64,000 bases of DNA, from NCBI GenBank assembly GCA_964035545.1, contig OZ037768.1, positions 4,806,741 to 4,870,740 of the forward strand, written 5' to 3'. Below the pieces are notes generated by a model. The model made no database searches. It was not told the origin of the DNA and saw only the letters and a program-made list of their open reading frames with translations. Positions within the stretch are counted from its first letter, which is position 1. The number at the start of each line of letters is the position of its first letter. This document shows, piece by piece, positions 39,736 through 54,063 of the stretch. The translations under genes were made by a program, and so were the position numbers. This DNA comes from Bugula neritina. Its lineage: Eukaryota; Animalia; Bryozoa.

Positions 39736-42175
39736 GACTTTACTTGAATTCAAACCTGGCTGTCAGCTGTAAATTAGACAGTTCTCCTACAACACACCAA
39801 TAATCAACTCCTTTAAAATCTTGCATTATATAGGCTACATTATAGGGTAGAAAGTATGTACATACAAATATACAGCATGCACTGAAAAGTACTTCGAGTA
39901 GAGTAGCCTATTGAAGAAATTTAAAAAAACCTGTGTTTTAAAAACAACTTAAAAATAGATTTTATTTTTGTGAGTATTATTGCCTTCATCTCAAACCAAA
40001 ATTAAACAAAAAAACTAAAAGTAAAACTAATATATATTTATAATGTTAGAGTCTTTCTGCTATGCTATGCTAAATGTAAAGCACAGTGGTTGCTAAACTA
40101 TTCTGAATTATCTTCTTTCCTTTTTACAAAAATCTATTCCCTGCAACTTCTTTAGTACAATTTACACACTGCCACCTTCCATAAATGACTATATCACAAC
40201 AAGCAAGTTAGTTGTTCATTAATGTGCTCATGCTGGTACAATAATTATAATATTATTATACAATACTTACTTGGAACTTGTATTATAAGTTTGTGTTATT
40301 AAATAATAACTAGTCAGAAGAAGGCGTCTTCAACAAAAGTTAATTCTTCGACTACTTTTTCAATGTGGTATAAGGACTGGAGAATCCTATGCAATTATAT
40401 GTTTAAATATTGAAATTTGATTGGTCGATGCCCAAAGAGTTGGATAATAGAGTTGGAAAGATGACAAACTATTGTAACTGCATACAATAACTATAGCAAC
40501 CAGTAAACATATAATACAAAAAAATTGTTTTGTAATTCTTTCCAGGTCTAGACCTTCAAAAGTTCAGAGTGCTTTCATCATAATAAGTGTATTTTTATCA
40601 ATGATTACTGATATGATAACTTTTTAGGAAGTTTACAAATGATTTATTTGTATTGCATAATTATGTACTTTAAACTACCTGTGATTTATCGTAGCGTAAC
40701 AATCTGAAATAATATATCACAACATACTATTTATACTCCTCATGTAATATATTATGCTTTATTAAGGAAGCGGGTGTTTCACTATTGAAACAATCAACAA
40801 CAGTTTGTAAACAACCGATACTTATTCATTCCAGCCTGATTGTTGACAAATAAAATTAAAATTGAGAGAACAAACTTTGTATGCATTTTCAAGAGTGTTG
40901 CTGATATCCATTATTAAACAAATGCTGTGAGAAGCTCTGTTTATTCCTGGTGTTTTCCATTCACTACAAAATATTCTTACGTGATGAACTGTTGAACAAC
41001 AAAATTATTCTAAGATAACTGTGGTATAATCCAAGACAGATTAGCTTGTTTCCGTAGCAACCTTGAAGTAAAATTGTTATTATCCATCACGCGCAGAAAG
41101 TTCGTGTTGCCATTAGAATGCGTGACAATTGGGAATGTTGCAATGTCTCTAACAAAAATACCACAATATCAAAAATAGTTCCAAATCAATTATTGTTTCC
41201 AATAAATGTTTCCCCAGAATAATAATACAACACTATAAATGACCTTTTTTCTAAATTGTTCAGTTCAGAAATAGAGTTTACAAAATCGTTGCCGCCATTC
41301 TGTTCCCCGGAATCAAAGTCGATGTTGTATTATATGGAAACCATTGCCAAGAATATTTGGCAAGGGGCAGATGGACAGTGTCCAACAATTGCAACACCAT
41401 ATTGTTTATGAAAAACTGACCACTAGTTGACGCCACACTGGAAAGGTCAGCGTCCTGAGCTATAAAAATATTTATTCAACCAGTGTCACATGGTAAGACA
41501 AATATGGTCTTTGCAATAGTTAAGTGCAAAAAGATAATATTATTTATAATTTGATCAGAAAAAAATGACAGAGTGCCAACCAATAGCCATGATTGCAGTT
41601 AGTATTCTGGCCATTTATACAAACAGTCAACAGAATGACACTTAGAAGCAGTAGTGGAGAAATTGAAATACTTAAAATAATAAAAAAGAAATGCAACTTA
41701 AAAAAGTGATTTATTAAGTAAAATTACAGTTTAGTTACAAATCAATGCAACATGCAAAATTCAAACATAAGATTTGCATTAAAAAATTAAGTGAGAATTG
41801 AAGCAATGTATTAGACACATAAGATTTAGGAAGAAAAATTAAAAACAAAATAATGTTTTTTTAATACCAGATTACATGATGAACTCAAATCATTAAATTG
41901 GTTATGCTGTGCAATATTACATAAAAATATATTATACTATTTTTCTGATTGTCTCCCAAACCTATAACAAAAAGGTAGCTAGTTTGTGTTCACAATTCAA
42001 ATATGCCATCTTTTTCTGCAATGGTTAGTCTTAAAATATTGTCATCTAAATAAGCAACACAAGCACATAAAACACTTTAGTATTTTCCCACACTAACAGC
42101 AATATAAATTAAAAACACAAACTATTTAAGCAATAAATAGCGCTGTCTGCATTAAACCTAGACACCTAATCAACT

Positions 42176-45100
42176 CTAACTTCCAGCTTTGGCCGACCGG
42201 CTTAGCAAATCGCATATAGACTTGTGGTTCTTCCATGCTTTGACTTGACACTCCCGTCTATAAAACATACAAAAATAAAACAATCTTAAAAAGTTCTTTT
42301 CAATCACGCATTACAACTTCTATTTCTATTAGGATAAGGATCTCGTGACTGTAAACTTGCTTTCATTCCTATTACAGCAAGCAGACTTCACAAAAATAGC
42401 AGCTAATACTTGTATAATCCAGCAATGCTACGTCACACAGAGAATAAATTTAGAACATAAGAAAACATACCGACAATACCATTCATTACGACATCGGGAA
42501 CACCTCTTTGTAGCTAGCTCACCACACACAGCACATTTGGCAGGCTCAGATATCAAATTTTCCAGCATTTCAAAATTGTACGTATCTGCCCACCTAATAA
42601 GAAACTATTAACTTTAAAAAATGTGAAAGGGATCTAGCAATACTACAAGCACTTGTCACAGTACCAGTACATGTATACACAGACACTTAGTGGAAATATG
42701 GCTAGCTTTCTGTATTATGCCCTGTTAACAGTACAGCTAAAAGTACGTTACGCTATATAAAGTGATGCAGTCATCACCTGTCATGTCATAGCCATCTAAT
42801 TTTAGGTACTAGCTGTTCTGTTTTTAGCAATGAATCAGCCACTCACAGCAGTGGTGAATGCCCACAATGGGTTGCAGTGTGACCTGGGCATCAGCCAATA
42901 TGTACTCAAGTGATTGACTTGTTAGCAATATTACTGCACATGTACCGAATTGTCCTAAATTTAATTTGCAATAAACATAAAACAGAAAACCGATTTCTAA
43001 TGTTCCATACCTATCACCATGTAAACATTAGCTTAGACTTATGATTCTTCCCTGAGTCATACCATAAATAAGAATAGCCTATTATATAGCAGCAAGTACC
43101 GAATAACATGTAGATAAGAGTATAATATCGTAAAATGTATAATATAATAGCAATTTTAGTAGAAATGCACCTTTTAGCTTGTTCCTTAAGCACCTCTTCA
43201 CTGGGATCAAAATGGTGCTTTATCTGGTACTCTCTTATTTTCTTCCACTTTCCATTATTTTCAGACTCCAGCCTGCTACGTATCTCTGGCACCTAGACAC
43301 ATCAATTTACTTTGACGGAAACCAGTCAATCTATGAAACTTCAATAACTAGCTAAATATGTCACCAACGCAAGAAAAATGACTTATGTTAAAAATGTCAA
43401 CAAACAATGTTCAACCAAAGTAACTAGACAATTGAGCACTTTTAATAGTTAGGTTATTCGAACAAACTATTTGAAAAATAAAAATAGTATTTGTTATTAT
43501 TTATTACAATAAAAAGCAACGCGTCAGGTGATATATATAGTCTTGCATAATGTCAACAAATTATATCTGAAAACAGTTTCAAGTGTGTGAAAGCGAGTAG
43601 CAGACAACGCTTCCAGACAAACCTGTTCAAGTATGAGGTCATGTTTGGCAGATGGTGGTTCCATCATGCTCAGACGTTCCAAGTATGAGTGCAGATCTGC
43701 TAGTATTGGTAGCTGGTCCAGCATTATCTCGTTGAGGTATGACCTAAGCTATAATAAAAAAACACAGTATTAAAAAGATCAGGTTTAAACAGCTTTGATC
43801 GATTTTAGAATACTTAGAACACCTGATGATATTTACCATAAAAAATTGTAAAATTTTTCCTTAATATAAAATGCTCAAAAGATTCCTGTGAAAGGCACGC
43901 TAAGCACTACATTTTTATTTAATTTACTTTTTGTACAATGGCAATTAATTCGCAGATAAATCAAGACTAGGAAGATTATTTAAAATTTCATAATCAGCAG
44001 AGCATTATTTTATCTCTGGTACACACCTAGTAGGTAATACTCAGACTATCTCTAGCATACATATAGCAGGTAATACTCAGACTATCTCTGGTACACACCT
44101 AGTAGGTAATACTCAGACTATCTCTAGCATACACATAGCAGGTAATAAATACTCAGACTATCTCTAGCATACACCTAGTAGGTAATACTCAGACTATCTC
44201 TAGCATACACATAGTAGGTAATACTCAGACTATCTCTAGCATACACCTAGTAGGTAATACTCAGACTATCTCTAGCATACACATAGTAGGTAATACTGAG
44301 ATACTGAGACAAAGCTGGCATATTTTTATGCACTTTTACTTTAGTCTACATGTATCAGATCTATGGCATTGTTTCATTGTCCCTCAGCATTTCACACAAA
44401 ATGTAATGCAAACCGCTCTCATATTGCAGGTGTTCATACTCAAAAGTAACCGATCAGAGTTCAACAAAGTAGCTCAAACATCATTTGACTAGATTCAGCT
44501 GAAACTTAGGATAAAATTATTTTGGGATAAGGAATAGAATTAAATTCACTTCAATGAACTTTTTGTGAAAGCTATTAGATGTTAATTGTTTTCTAGAAAC
44601 GTAAAGCAAGCAGTTTGCCAAAATAGCTTGTTAAAAAGCTCAATATTGTATGACAGTGCCCTACCACTAATACTATACCAGAAAACTAGAGTTATTTTTA
44701 ACACTCTACCTTGAGAAGGGTATTCTTTCGATGAGGATTCAGCTCATACTTCTGCATACACTCAGGATCCATCAATAATTTGTACAGAGTTAACCATATC
44801 TATTGTAAAGTTTATTAATATTGCATTACCAGGTTTCCTTTAATTTAAACACACATTTATACTACACATAATATGGCTATGTATGCATCACAACTCCATA
44901 GCAGTATAATGATGAAAAACCATAATGACTCTGAATATTGTTTACAAATAATATTCAATTATTGTGACAGAATTTCAAACATATACAATAAAGTTGTATT
45001 TTTAACAATACTGCTGTAAATTTTTCTACGCATTAACTGCTAAAATTAATTGAATTTTATATAAAATACTTCAATTTGGTTTTGTACCAACTATGAAACT

Positions 45101-48100
45101 GACAGCTTTACAGCAACTTAATTGCCAATTCACTTCAATCAGTTATCTTAAAACTTCTTTATGATTTTTAAGCTTTAATTTATTTGTACTGCTTTACTAT
45201 AAGTCACTTGGTACTAGGTCCATTAGGTAGCATTGGTTTTTATTATTGTTATGCTAGTCAAATGCCATTTCCATATTTTTTAACCGCTAAGCCAGTAGAA
45301 CCAACAATATGAAGTTGAAGAGAAAAGACTGAGCTCAGAAAGAATGATAAGGGCTATAGCTAACACTCAAGTTCCACTGCAAACCAATTATCATGAAACT
45401 AAAGTATATTCAATGCAACAAGAGTCATAGCATTATGAGTAATGATCTTGAAAATAAAATATATTTTATACCTGGCCTTCAATTTTGGTAATCTTAAACC
45501 TATCTGCCACGTCAACAGCTGCCCATTTGTTGTCTATATATTTCTCCATTTTACCATCTTTCATCTTGGTCCAAGGGCTATTTTGTAGCAGCTCAACCAA
45601 TAAAACAGGAATGTCTAGTGTGTTGAGAAGTCTTGTGGCACAACTCAATGGCAACCTAGTATAAATAAAGTAACTGCATATATAAACTTCCACACCAACA
45701 GTTAAGTTGATAAAACCACTTCATGTCAAACTATAACGCATATAACATGCAATATATTGAAAATAAAACTACAAATTATTGCATAAAAATTATTCTCAGA
45801 ATGATTTTAATTGTAATGCAATTAAATCCATTCTATCACACTCACTTGAAGAGTGGATTAGCCAATCAAGTTCTAATACAAAAGCTAGTAACTTAGGAGC
45901 ATTAAGATTTGCTTGAAAGTATGTAGGTATAACTTTGATCATTAAACTGAAATTGGCAGAACATGCTAATAACATCATAGTGCATTGTAAATATGCAAAA
46001 AAAGCTGTTAAGAGATGGAAAAAAAATTTCATACCAATAAGCGATAACAATACTTACACAGATAGATGGTCACTGATATATCGTATTAAAGACAATGACT
46101 TTATAGCAACATCAAACTGAATCGTTGCATCATGACCAGCTAGCTCCTGCATTTTATAAAAAAAATTATATATACGATAATAAAAAATGGCAAAAGCCAC
46201 TGTAAATTGAAGTAAAAGCAGCTTTAAAAATGATTTTAAAATTGCGGTACCATTGAGTCATAAATAAAATAATTTTGGATAATATATTTTCTGAAAACAA
46301 AACAACGTAAACCACCTTCATGTTTGGACCAAGATTAGAAAGCCCAGGTTTAACGTCATCACATTCCTCTGTCTCTTCTGACGAACTACAAAAACCACAT
46401 TATGAATATTAAAAACAAGGCAATGTGACACATAGCTGACCAGATTAAGTGACACCACAAAGAAATGCTTTGATCAAGTTTATTAACCACCAGCAAGCAT
46501 GACTTAATAGATTTTACTGGAACTACTTCAGTATGACAAGAAAACAAACTTATAGGTTAAAGCAGTAAGATCACAGCTTGCATTAAATTTCAAGACATCT
46601 ACCAAATGTTTCAACTCTACAAAAATTGAGTCTACCGTAGAGATAGCCAGAGCAGCTTTCTGTGACAGTAATCAATTAGGTCCAAGATGGCGTCACTACA
46701 TGCTTCACAAGCCTCTTGGTAGTACAATGTTGTTTCGAGTAAGTTCACCAATGTAGCTTCATGATACAGCTGTACAAAAGACAATAAGTCTTATTTCATT
46801 CAATATGCTAATCTTGGATACAAATAATAAGGTGAATTCAACAAAAGCTAATACGGTAGTCCTAAAATTAAATATAAATTTGGAAAAATTAAAACATTGC
46901 TGAATTATCCAAGCATATAATATGGAAGTTTTTATTCTAAGCAATATCTGCAAAAGATTGGCTCTAATATTGTAATAAAATTTAATCAAAACCAAATTGA
47001 ACGAAAATCAGTTTAATAATAAACTATTAATTATCAATATATTATATATAGTATTGAGAGTGGTGGTTTATTGGACATTAGATAAAAGTGCTCAAATTAT
47101 TCTCAACTAAGCAATTTATTAATAAATAAAGCAATTTATAGATGTTATTTGTTATTTATTGTGCAGCTAATACCATTCAACAGGCACACACATATATATT
47201 ATAATGCTAGTTTGTTAGGAAATACAGCAAAACAGAATGCTTGATATTACTCTTATAAAGATGGAGCAAAAGAAGCTAAGTACTTTTTTACACACACAGC
47301 ATTATAATTTAAAGACTATTGATCATAATACCATTTTCGCTGCTATATTACTGTGAGTCTATTGACAAAAATCTATTAGCCAGCACTTTGTGGTATAATC
47401 ATAACAAGTAAGATTCGATTGAGCTATGTAATATCATGTTATGTGTACAAAAAGTAATCTGTAAAATAAGAGAGCTATCAGACTTTAAATAGTCTACTTT
47501 TGGACAATTTCTCACCTATTCTCCATATCATACACCTTATTATTATATTACACATTACTTGTTGAATTAAAATTCAACTAATTTTAAACAATTTTGTGAG
47601 ATAAAATACTGCTATGTTTCACAATTTATTTAATAATTTATAAAATACATTTTTTTTCTAAAATAAATTTTTAAAGAGCTTACCACCATATAAACTGGAA
47701 ATGTAATGGTAGGCTCAAACTTTGAGCTGATTAGTTGATTAAAAATCTTTTCCCGCCACAGTTCTGTTGAGATGAGATCCTCGATTAATAATGGATATTT
47801 TGAGTCGTTGATTAAAAACTCTTTTACAAATTCATTTTCTTCTGCAGTAGCATTTGCAACAGCTTGCATGTTCATCTTCTCTAACTTTTCATGCTGTCTG
47901 CTCCATCTAAAGCATGTCACATGCGAAAAAATACAATTATTTAACAATTTAACTCAAGCATAATAGCTGAAATAAGTGATAAATTGGTTGTCTCATTTAA
48001 ACTATAGCCTAGCCTTATCTCAGTTCTGTTATGCCAATCAAACAGAAGAAAGATACTAAAACAAACATACTAAAATATTTTATTATAAAACTTCTAATTT

Positions 48101-48534
48101 AAAGGCTCTTTAGGATAAGTTGGGTTCTACAATGACCCAGACTTTTATGTTTGCAATATTTTAAACTTTTAAATATTAAACTGGATGATTATATCAAATG
48201 CAGGATGAAACAATATTTTAAATTCTATAACTTTTTAAACCTATAAAGCTTATATTAAAACAGATTCTTTAAATGCTGAACCCACAATTATTTTAGCAAC
48301 TGTGTTAGCAAAAATAAACTGACATTCATTGCAAGCTACCCTTTAGCAGCAAACACAAATAATTATTTAATATGAGTTTTTTCAGTATTATGCCATGGTT
48401 ATTGTTATATTGAATCCTTTCACGGTACATACTTACTTGCCGCTACCAATCTCTTGTATGGTAAATATTTTTAGTGACTGAGAAAATGCTTCGCATTCAA
48501 CTGGAAGTAATGCTTGAACAGAATCACCATTCAT
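42176..48534 (-). CDS. ZMYND10: Zinc finger MYND domain-containing protein 10 (BLU), dynein-arm assembly factor; 446 aa, 11 coding exons
   Basis: Exons (minus): 48437-48534, 47684-47906, 46636-46769, 46316-46385, 46058-46146, 45472-45655, 44710-44799, 43623-43748, 43171-43292, 42471-42593, 42176-42257. Motifs QHEKLEKMNMQA, LYHEATLVNLLET, LDQLPILADL, and MYND finger CAVC...KRCSRC.NEWYCRRECQVKAWKNHKSIC. Confidence 0.95.
44011..44298. repeat. 36-bp minisatellite (GGTAATACTCAGACTATCTCTAGCATACACCTAGTA)n, ~8 copies, ZMYND10 intron
   Basis: Directly visible tandem array with alternating variants. Confidence 0.95.
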
Positions 48535-50425
48535 TTTTTATACTTGCTAAAATAAAATAAAAAAAAACAACAGACTTATTTCTTGAATGTCACCAGATAT
48601 TTAAAAATATGATAGAAACATCATAATACTATTTGAGTTTTTTGCTGCACATATTTCAACTTGTCCATCATATTTGTACTACAATCTTCTTTACCCACCT
48701 AAATTAACTTTAAAACCAATGCAAGTTGAAGAAATAAATTATATAAAACTTCAGATGTTTAGATTATAGTTGCTATTGATTACATGAGCTACCACTCTGC
48801 AGGTATAGATTATCTACTTTATATCTTATAGTGGTGGTTATATTGACAACTTCAGCAAGGGATTCCCATATTACCAGTGTAAGCATTTTGTTCTACAATT
48901 TATCTAAGATTTGCTAGGTTAGCAAATGGTAAGGCAAAATGGTTTAGATTACTTTTCACATTTATTTTAATTTTACAGTTTTTAGTCAGTTTTAGACCTA
49001 TACTTGTAATTTCAGTTAGCAAACAATTGAATTGCCATATATTTTTAATTAATCTTGTTTAGTCAATATAAAAACAAAGGATTTATTATAACTATTCAAT
49101 AATAATAAAAATTTAGTTAATTTAGATTTCAATACTTGAATAATTTACAGTTTGAAAACAATATTTATTGGGGTTATCTATATCATATTATAAAAAGTAT
49201 TTTCATAAGGTGTCACAAAATATGTAACAAAAACAAAAGATGAGTTTAGATGTTGATAAAATTATATCATGCATGTACAAAATTCATAAGTCAGACAATG
49301 TTATTTTAATATAAGGACTATAATTATGAAGTATTAAGGACAGCAAAATAACATAATTAAATGACAAAAATGCATTGATCCAATAAAACAAATTACTGGA
49401 AACACTTATTTATAAATGACATCTAATAAATGATTGAAGAGTTCGGTAGAACATCTAATACTTTTAAATTTATTATAAATAATATGATTATTAGATCACT
49501 GAAATTATAAATAAAATAAATATAATCATTAATTAGCATTATTGATATTTGTATTGAATTATTATATTGAATTTAATGATCATAATCACCATTACGATTA
49601 TCATAATATTTTTATCATAATCATAATTATTATGATAAGAATAATAATATTAAATTTAATACTATCAGTATCACTATGCTATTTTCACTTTGTAGTACTA
49701 GTACTAGTAGTAGTTACTAAAAGTAATATAGTAGTACTAGTACTAATAGTAATACACTAAATGGCAAATCTATCAAATAGCCCAAGTACTAATACTCAAC
49801 TAGTAATCCAGTAGACAGTAGTAGTAGTAATATTAATGCTAGTAGTACTCATACTGACACTGACAGTGAATTACTGAATCGAAATCGAATTCGATAGACG
49901 TACTCGTAGTCAATAATCTTTGCTAAAAGCTTATTGAGTAATGTTGACTCTAAACTAATTATAAATAACAATGCACATTGCTATTAATACAAAAATTTAT
50001 GTGAAACGAACTGCTTTACGCAAATCCACAGAACGTGTTAATTTTACTCCATGACTACAATTTTCATTTAAATTAACTGTGTGTAGCCATTGCAGGAAAC
50101 TAATGAAAACAAAATTTTCTGCGGTCATTTGAGCTCCACAATAATATTTATAAAAATAAAAATAAAAACAAATGAACAATCATTTTATTTAATACAATAT
50201 AAAATAATAAAAGATTTTAAGCAAAATTTATACTAAAGAATATACAATAAGTATATAGGTGTCATCCGGGCTTTTTACCAATATTTTAGTGGTGAGCTGT
50301 TCTATAGAGTTGAACGCGGCAATTGATTTATATAGAGCTACAACACAATCATATAGTGATATACCATCATTATATCTCATCTATATATACATATATTGGT
50401 ATACTACAGTGGTCGTAGTACAACA

Positions 50426-52591
50426 ATGGGTTAGTTTTATATATAATGATTATAGTATATACTTATAGTAGTATTACTATTGGTTCTGTTGACTGAATTT
50501 GCCTACGGGCTACCATTACTTGACCATCTCTGATTGAGTTTAAGATGTTCTTTATATTTTATTTAGTTTTAGGAGACTGACTCTTAAGTTTAACAGTAAA
50601 CAACAGCATTGACTGTTGTCTAACGTATGTTATTGTTACTGTTAGAGCAACTATATCATTAACTGTAAGACTAAGTGTAAGTGTTAATAATAAATAAGTT
50701 AATTGCTGACCTGGTTAAATCTCGAGTTAATGTTATACATATTCTCATTCTGATTCTGTATTCATTCTTATACTCTACTTTATTATATTTATTGATATTA
50801 TAATTTATACGTAGCACTCTAAGTATAACTATAAGATATAAGATTAAGTAATGTATTAGTATAACTGTCGATTGTCTATAACTATTACTATTAGTTATAC
50901 GTATGTTATTGATATTTTATCATAAGTAAAAATATAATATAAATATTGTTTCTAAAAATATAAAGTTTCTTGTTAAGTTGTTTATTTTTTGTCTTTAGAT
51001 ATCTTTTAGTTGCTGAAATATGTTCGACTTCAAAGTATAATTTAACAATAACTATAGCAATCACATTTTAATTAATAATTCTGTTGATGGATACCATCAA
51101 AAATTAATTTACTAATATTAAAATGAAAATATTACTATTGTTGATGACTGAATAATTCTAATACGTTTCGACTTAGTTTTAGTACTAATGATATCAATAT
51201 AATATTAGGTAGCAGTATTTTTAAGTCGAATGTAGTTGTGTTATATTAGTGTTACTAGTATAAGTATTACCATTATTACATGAATATTGCCATTTGTAAC
51301 AACTATACCCCAAGTTGGTTGATAATTGACTTTGTTTGGAGTGACTTATCTTCACCCTCATATGGTTATACCTGCCCAATGGCCATACTAATAATAAAGC
51401 TGATAGTTGTTTGACAGTATTGCAAGTAGCTTGAATATAAACGGCTAAAGTAACATATGTTGCAAATATGGCTATTACATTTAACTGAAAGTTTATAACT
51501 ATTAAGTAATTAATAAACTAAGTTTATTTTTACAAATGTAACTAGTGTCAATAAGAATGCTCTGTATTGGAATATAGTTTACTGGTAAAAGCAATACCAG
51601 CTTACTAATAGCATTTAGTTTGTGTGTGAGCTGTAAGAATGTGATTTAAGGAAATTTATAGATATACAAAACAACTAGGATTGATTTGTTAACAATCTTT
51701 ATTGAATTTAACTCTTGTTAAAATCATTTTGTATAAATGAATTGTACTCTTTGTAGGCCGAAATTCAGAAAAAGATCCCAATCGCCCCAAAAGGGCTCAA
51801 TCTGCTTACTTTATTTTTATGGGAGATTTCAGAGAGAAATGTAAGCGCACAGGAGAAGCAGACACATCTAATGTGAGTATGTGAAGCAGCACTGGTTGCA
51901 GTGTGCTGTGTCCGTTACTCGACTAACATAATAACATGGTGCTTGTGTATGCTTACAGTTTAGTGGTTGTTTACAGGTTACAGAGTTTACTAAACTCGCC
52001 TCCACCAAGTGGAAGGCCTTAAATGAGGAAGATAAAAAACCATGGGATGCAAGAGCAGCACTTGATAAGCAGAGATATGAACGAGAAATGGAATCATACC
52101 ATCCACCTCCAGGCATGGGCGGCGGAAAGGCTCGCAGAAAGGTGATTATAAAACATTTATCACATGCATTATTATGCATATGTTCTTGCTTTTAATTAGA
52201 TTAATAAAGTATTGTGCTTTTTCAGCATTTGTCACTGGTTACCATATAATTTAAAGTCATGTTATTTTCATGGTGTAGAAAGATCCATATGCCCCCAAGA
52301 GACCGAAGAGTGGTTACTTACATTATCTAGAAGCCTTCAGGGCTAAGCACCCAGAACTGGGACACAAAGAAATTGTGAGCAAAGGAGCTGAAGAGTGGGG
52401 TCGACTGACAGATGAGCAAAAGGTTCCCTACAACAAACTTTATGAAACAGCTAAAGAAGAGTATAATGCCAAAATGCAAGCGATGGTAAGCAAAGACCAT
52501 TAACATAACTTCGTGCTTTCACCTAACTTTGGAAAATGGTGTATGTTTTGTATGCACTTCAAATTGAATTTTTATTTTTTAGAACTATTAA
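50426..52591 (+). CDS. High-mobility-group B protein, two HMG boxes, no acidic tail; ~166 aa
   Basis: Exons 50426-50429 (ATGG, inferred), 51757-51872 ([16 protein letters not shown]), 51977-52141 ([15 protein letters not shown]...DKQRYEREM), 52279-52485 ([13 protein letters not shown]...GAEEWGRL) and 52583-52591 (NY*). Missed entirely by the ORF track. Confidence 0.9.
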
Positions 52592-54063
52592 GCTGCTGAA
52601 ATCAAGATGAACCTGTCTCCAACGGACAACAACACAGCATCATGATCTCGTATCAGTGTTGGACTTTTTGTATGTGCATTTTCACATCTTCTTTTGATAC
52701 CTCTGCACTTGCTGAACTTAATTTAGTGGGATCATAACAGTTGGTATAAGATAAGACATTATGTATCATGTATATTATTAGTTGATGTAGATTTTCATAT
52801 CAATATGTATAGCTTAAACAGTTTTAATGTTAGACATCCTTCTAGAAATTCCTATGTAATGCATTGTTTATTTCTTGGACAATTCTTAACACACTATTTT
52901 TCACCCAACAACTTTTTCTCTTAAAACTTGTATATTCCCTCATTGTTTCATTTTTGTAATTGTAAATTTGTGGACTTCTGCAATTATTGCACAAAATATA
53001 TAGTTTGTCTTCAACTTACCTCGTGTTCTCTTGTAAAAATAAAATGCTTGCAAAGCTTTTCTCTATGTTTCATTTTCCTTCAATGCAATATACTTAGTAT
53101 CTTCATAATTAAATTATGGTAATGGGGTATAACACAATGTGCTACATCTTTAACACTAATTGTAAACCTTACTCTTAGGTTATCATTATGTATAAGTTGT
53201 ACATTTTAACTTGTAATACTACAACAACTTGAAAATAAGATTTTTTGCTGTGGCTGTACTTCAAGCTGTTGTAATTCTAAACTTTAGAAATGGCCTTTCT
53301 AGCTCCATAATAAGTTGCATCTTGCATTTTAGCTTTGTGAGATCAAGGAAAATCTCTTAAACATTCAATGGTGTAGCTTAGGTAGTGATCATTCAAATAA
53401 TACCAGTATTGATCAAAAAACCTTTTTGACGTGTTGAGTTGGTTGTAGTCGTTCATATCCGTTAGCCTCACAGGTTTTACAGGGTAAATAATAATTTTAG
53501 TCCTTTCCGAAAGGATATATTGTACCACACTGGTAATTCTAAGTGGCCACAGAGGCCGAGAACCATTTTGTATCGACCATTAGTTATTCCCCCGCGGAAA
53601 AAAGTTCTCAATGAAGGCAAAGGGCTCAAACCGCTCTGAATGAAGTACATTACAAAAAGTTAAAAAAAAACTTCTACTTGTTCCAACAGTTTTTATTCTG
53701 GTCGACCCGCTTGATTAAATCGCCCTGAAGTTGGCACGCTAGGCCAACATAGAATTGTGCTCTTTCGTTGTAGAGAGCATTGGACCTGTGTGGACGAAAT
53801 TTCCATTCTGGATTGGTTTGTAATTGTATAAAACTAAGTTTTCAACTTCGTCTTCTCCAGGGTCTTTCAGTTTGAGTTAGAATTCTGCAACTCACAGAAA
53901 AATGTCAAACGTATATTGGTATATGAGGAAACCTTTATGTCTTCTGTAAAACTGAAGCTATAATATTTACTTGCACTGATACTGATACATTCAGAGTGAT
54001 GGTGATACTCTGATAGTCATACTCATACTCATAGTCATACCCATAGTGATAGTGATTGTGGTA

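Noticed and set aside
45796-46050. 84-aa minus ORF with a GTGAGT donor inside a ZMYND10 intron as a possible alternative exon
   Set aside because: The flanking exons already join in phase with canonical ZMYND10 sequence, and similarity to the neighbouring exon is too weak.
53490-53565. U2 snRNA-like string on the minus strand (TTCTCGGCCT...AGTGTGGTA...TCCT..AGGAC)
   Set aside because: Only ~10 nt of contiguous identity. The branch-pairing GTAGTA is altered, and stem IIa and the Sm site are missing.
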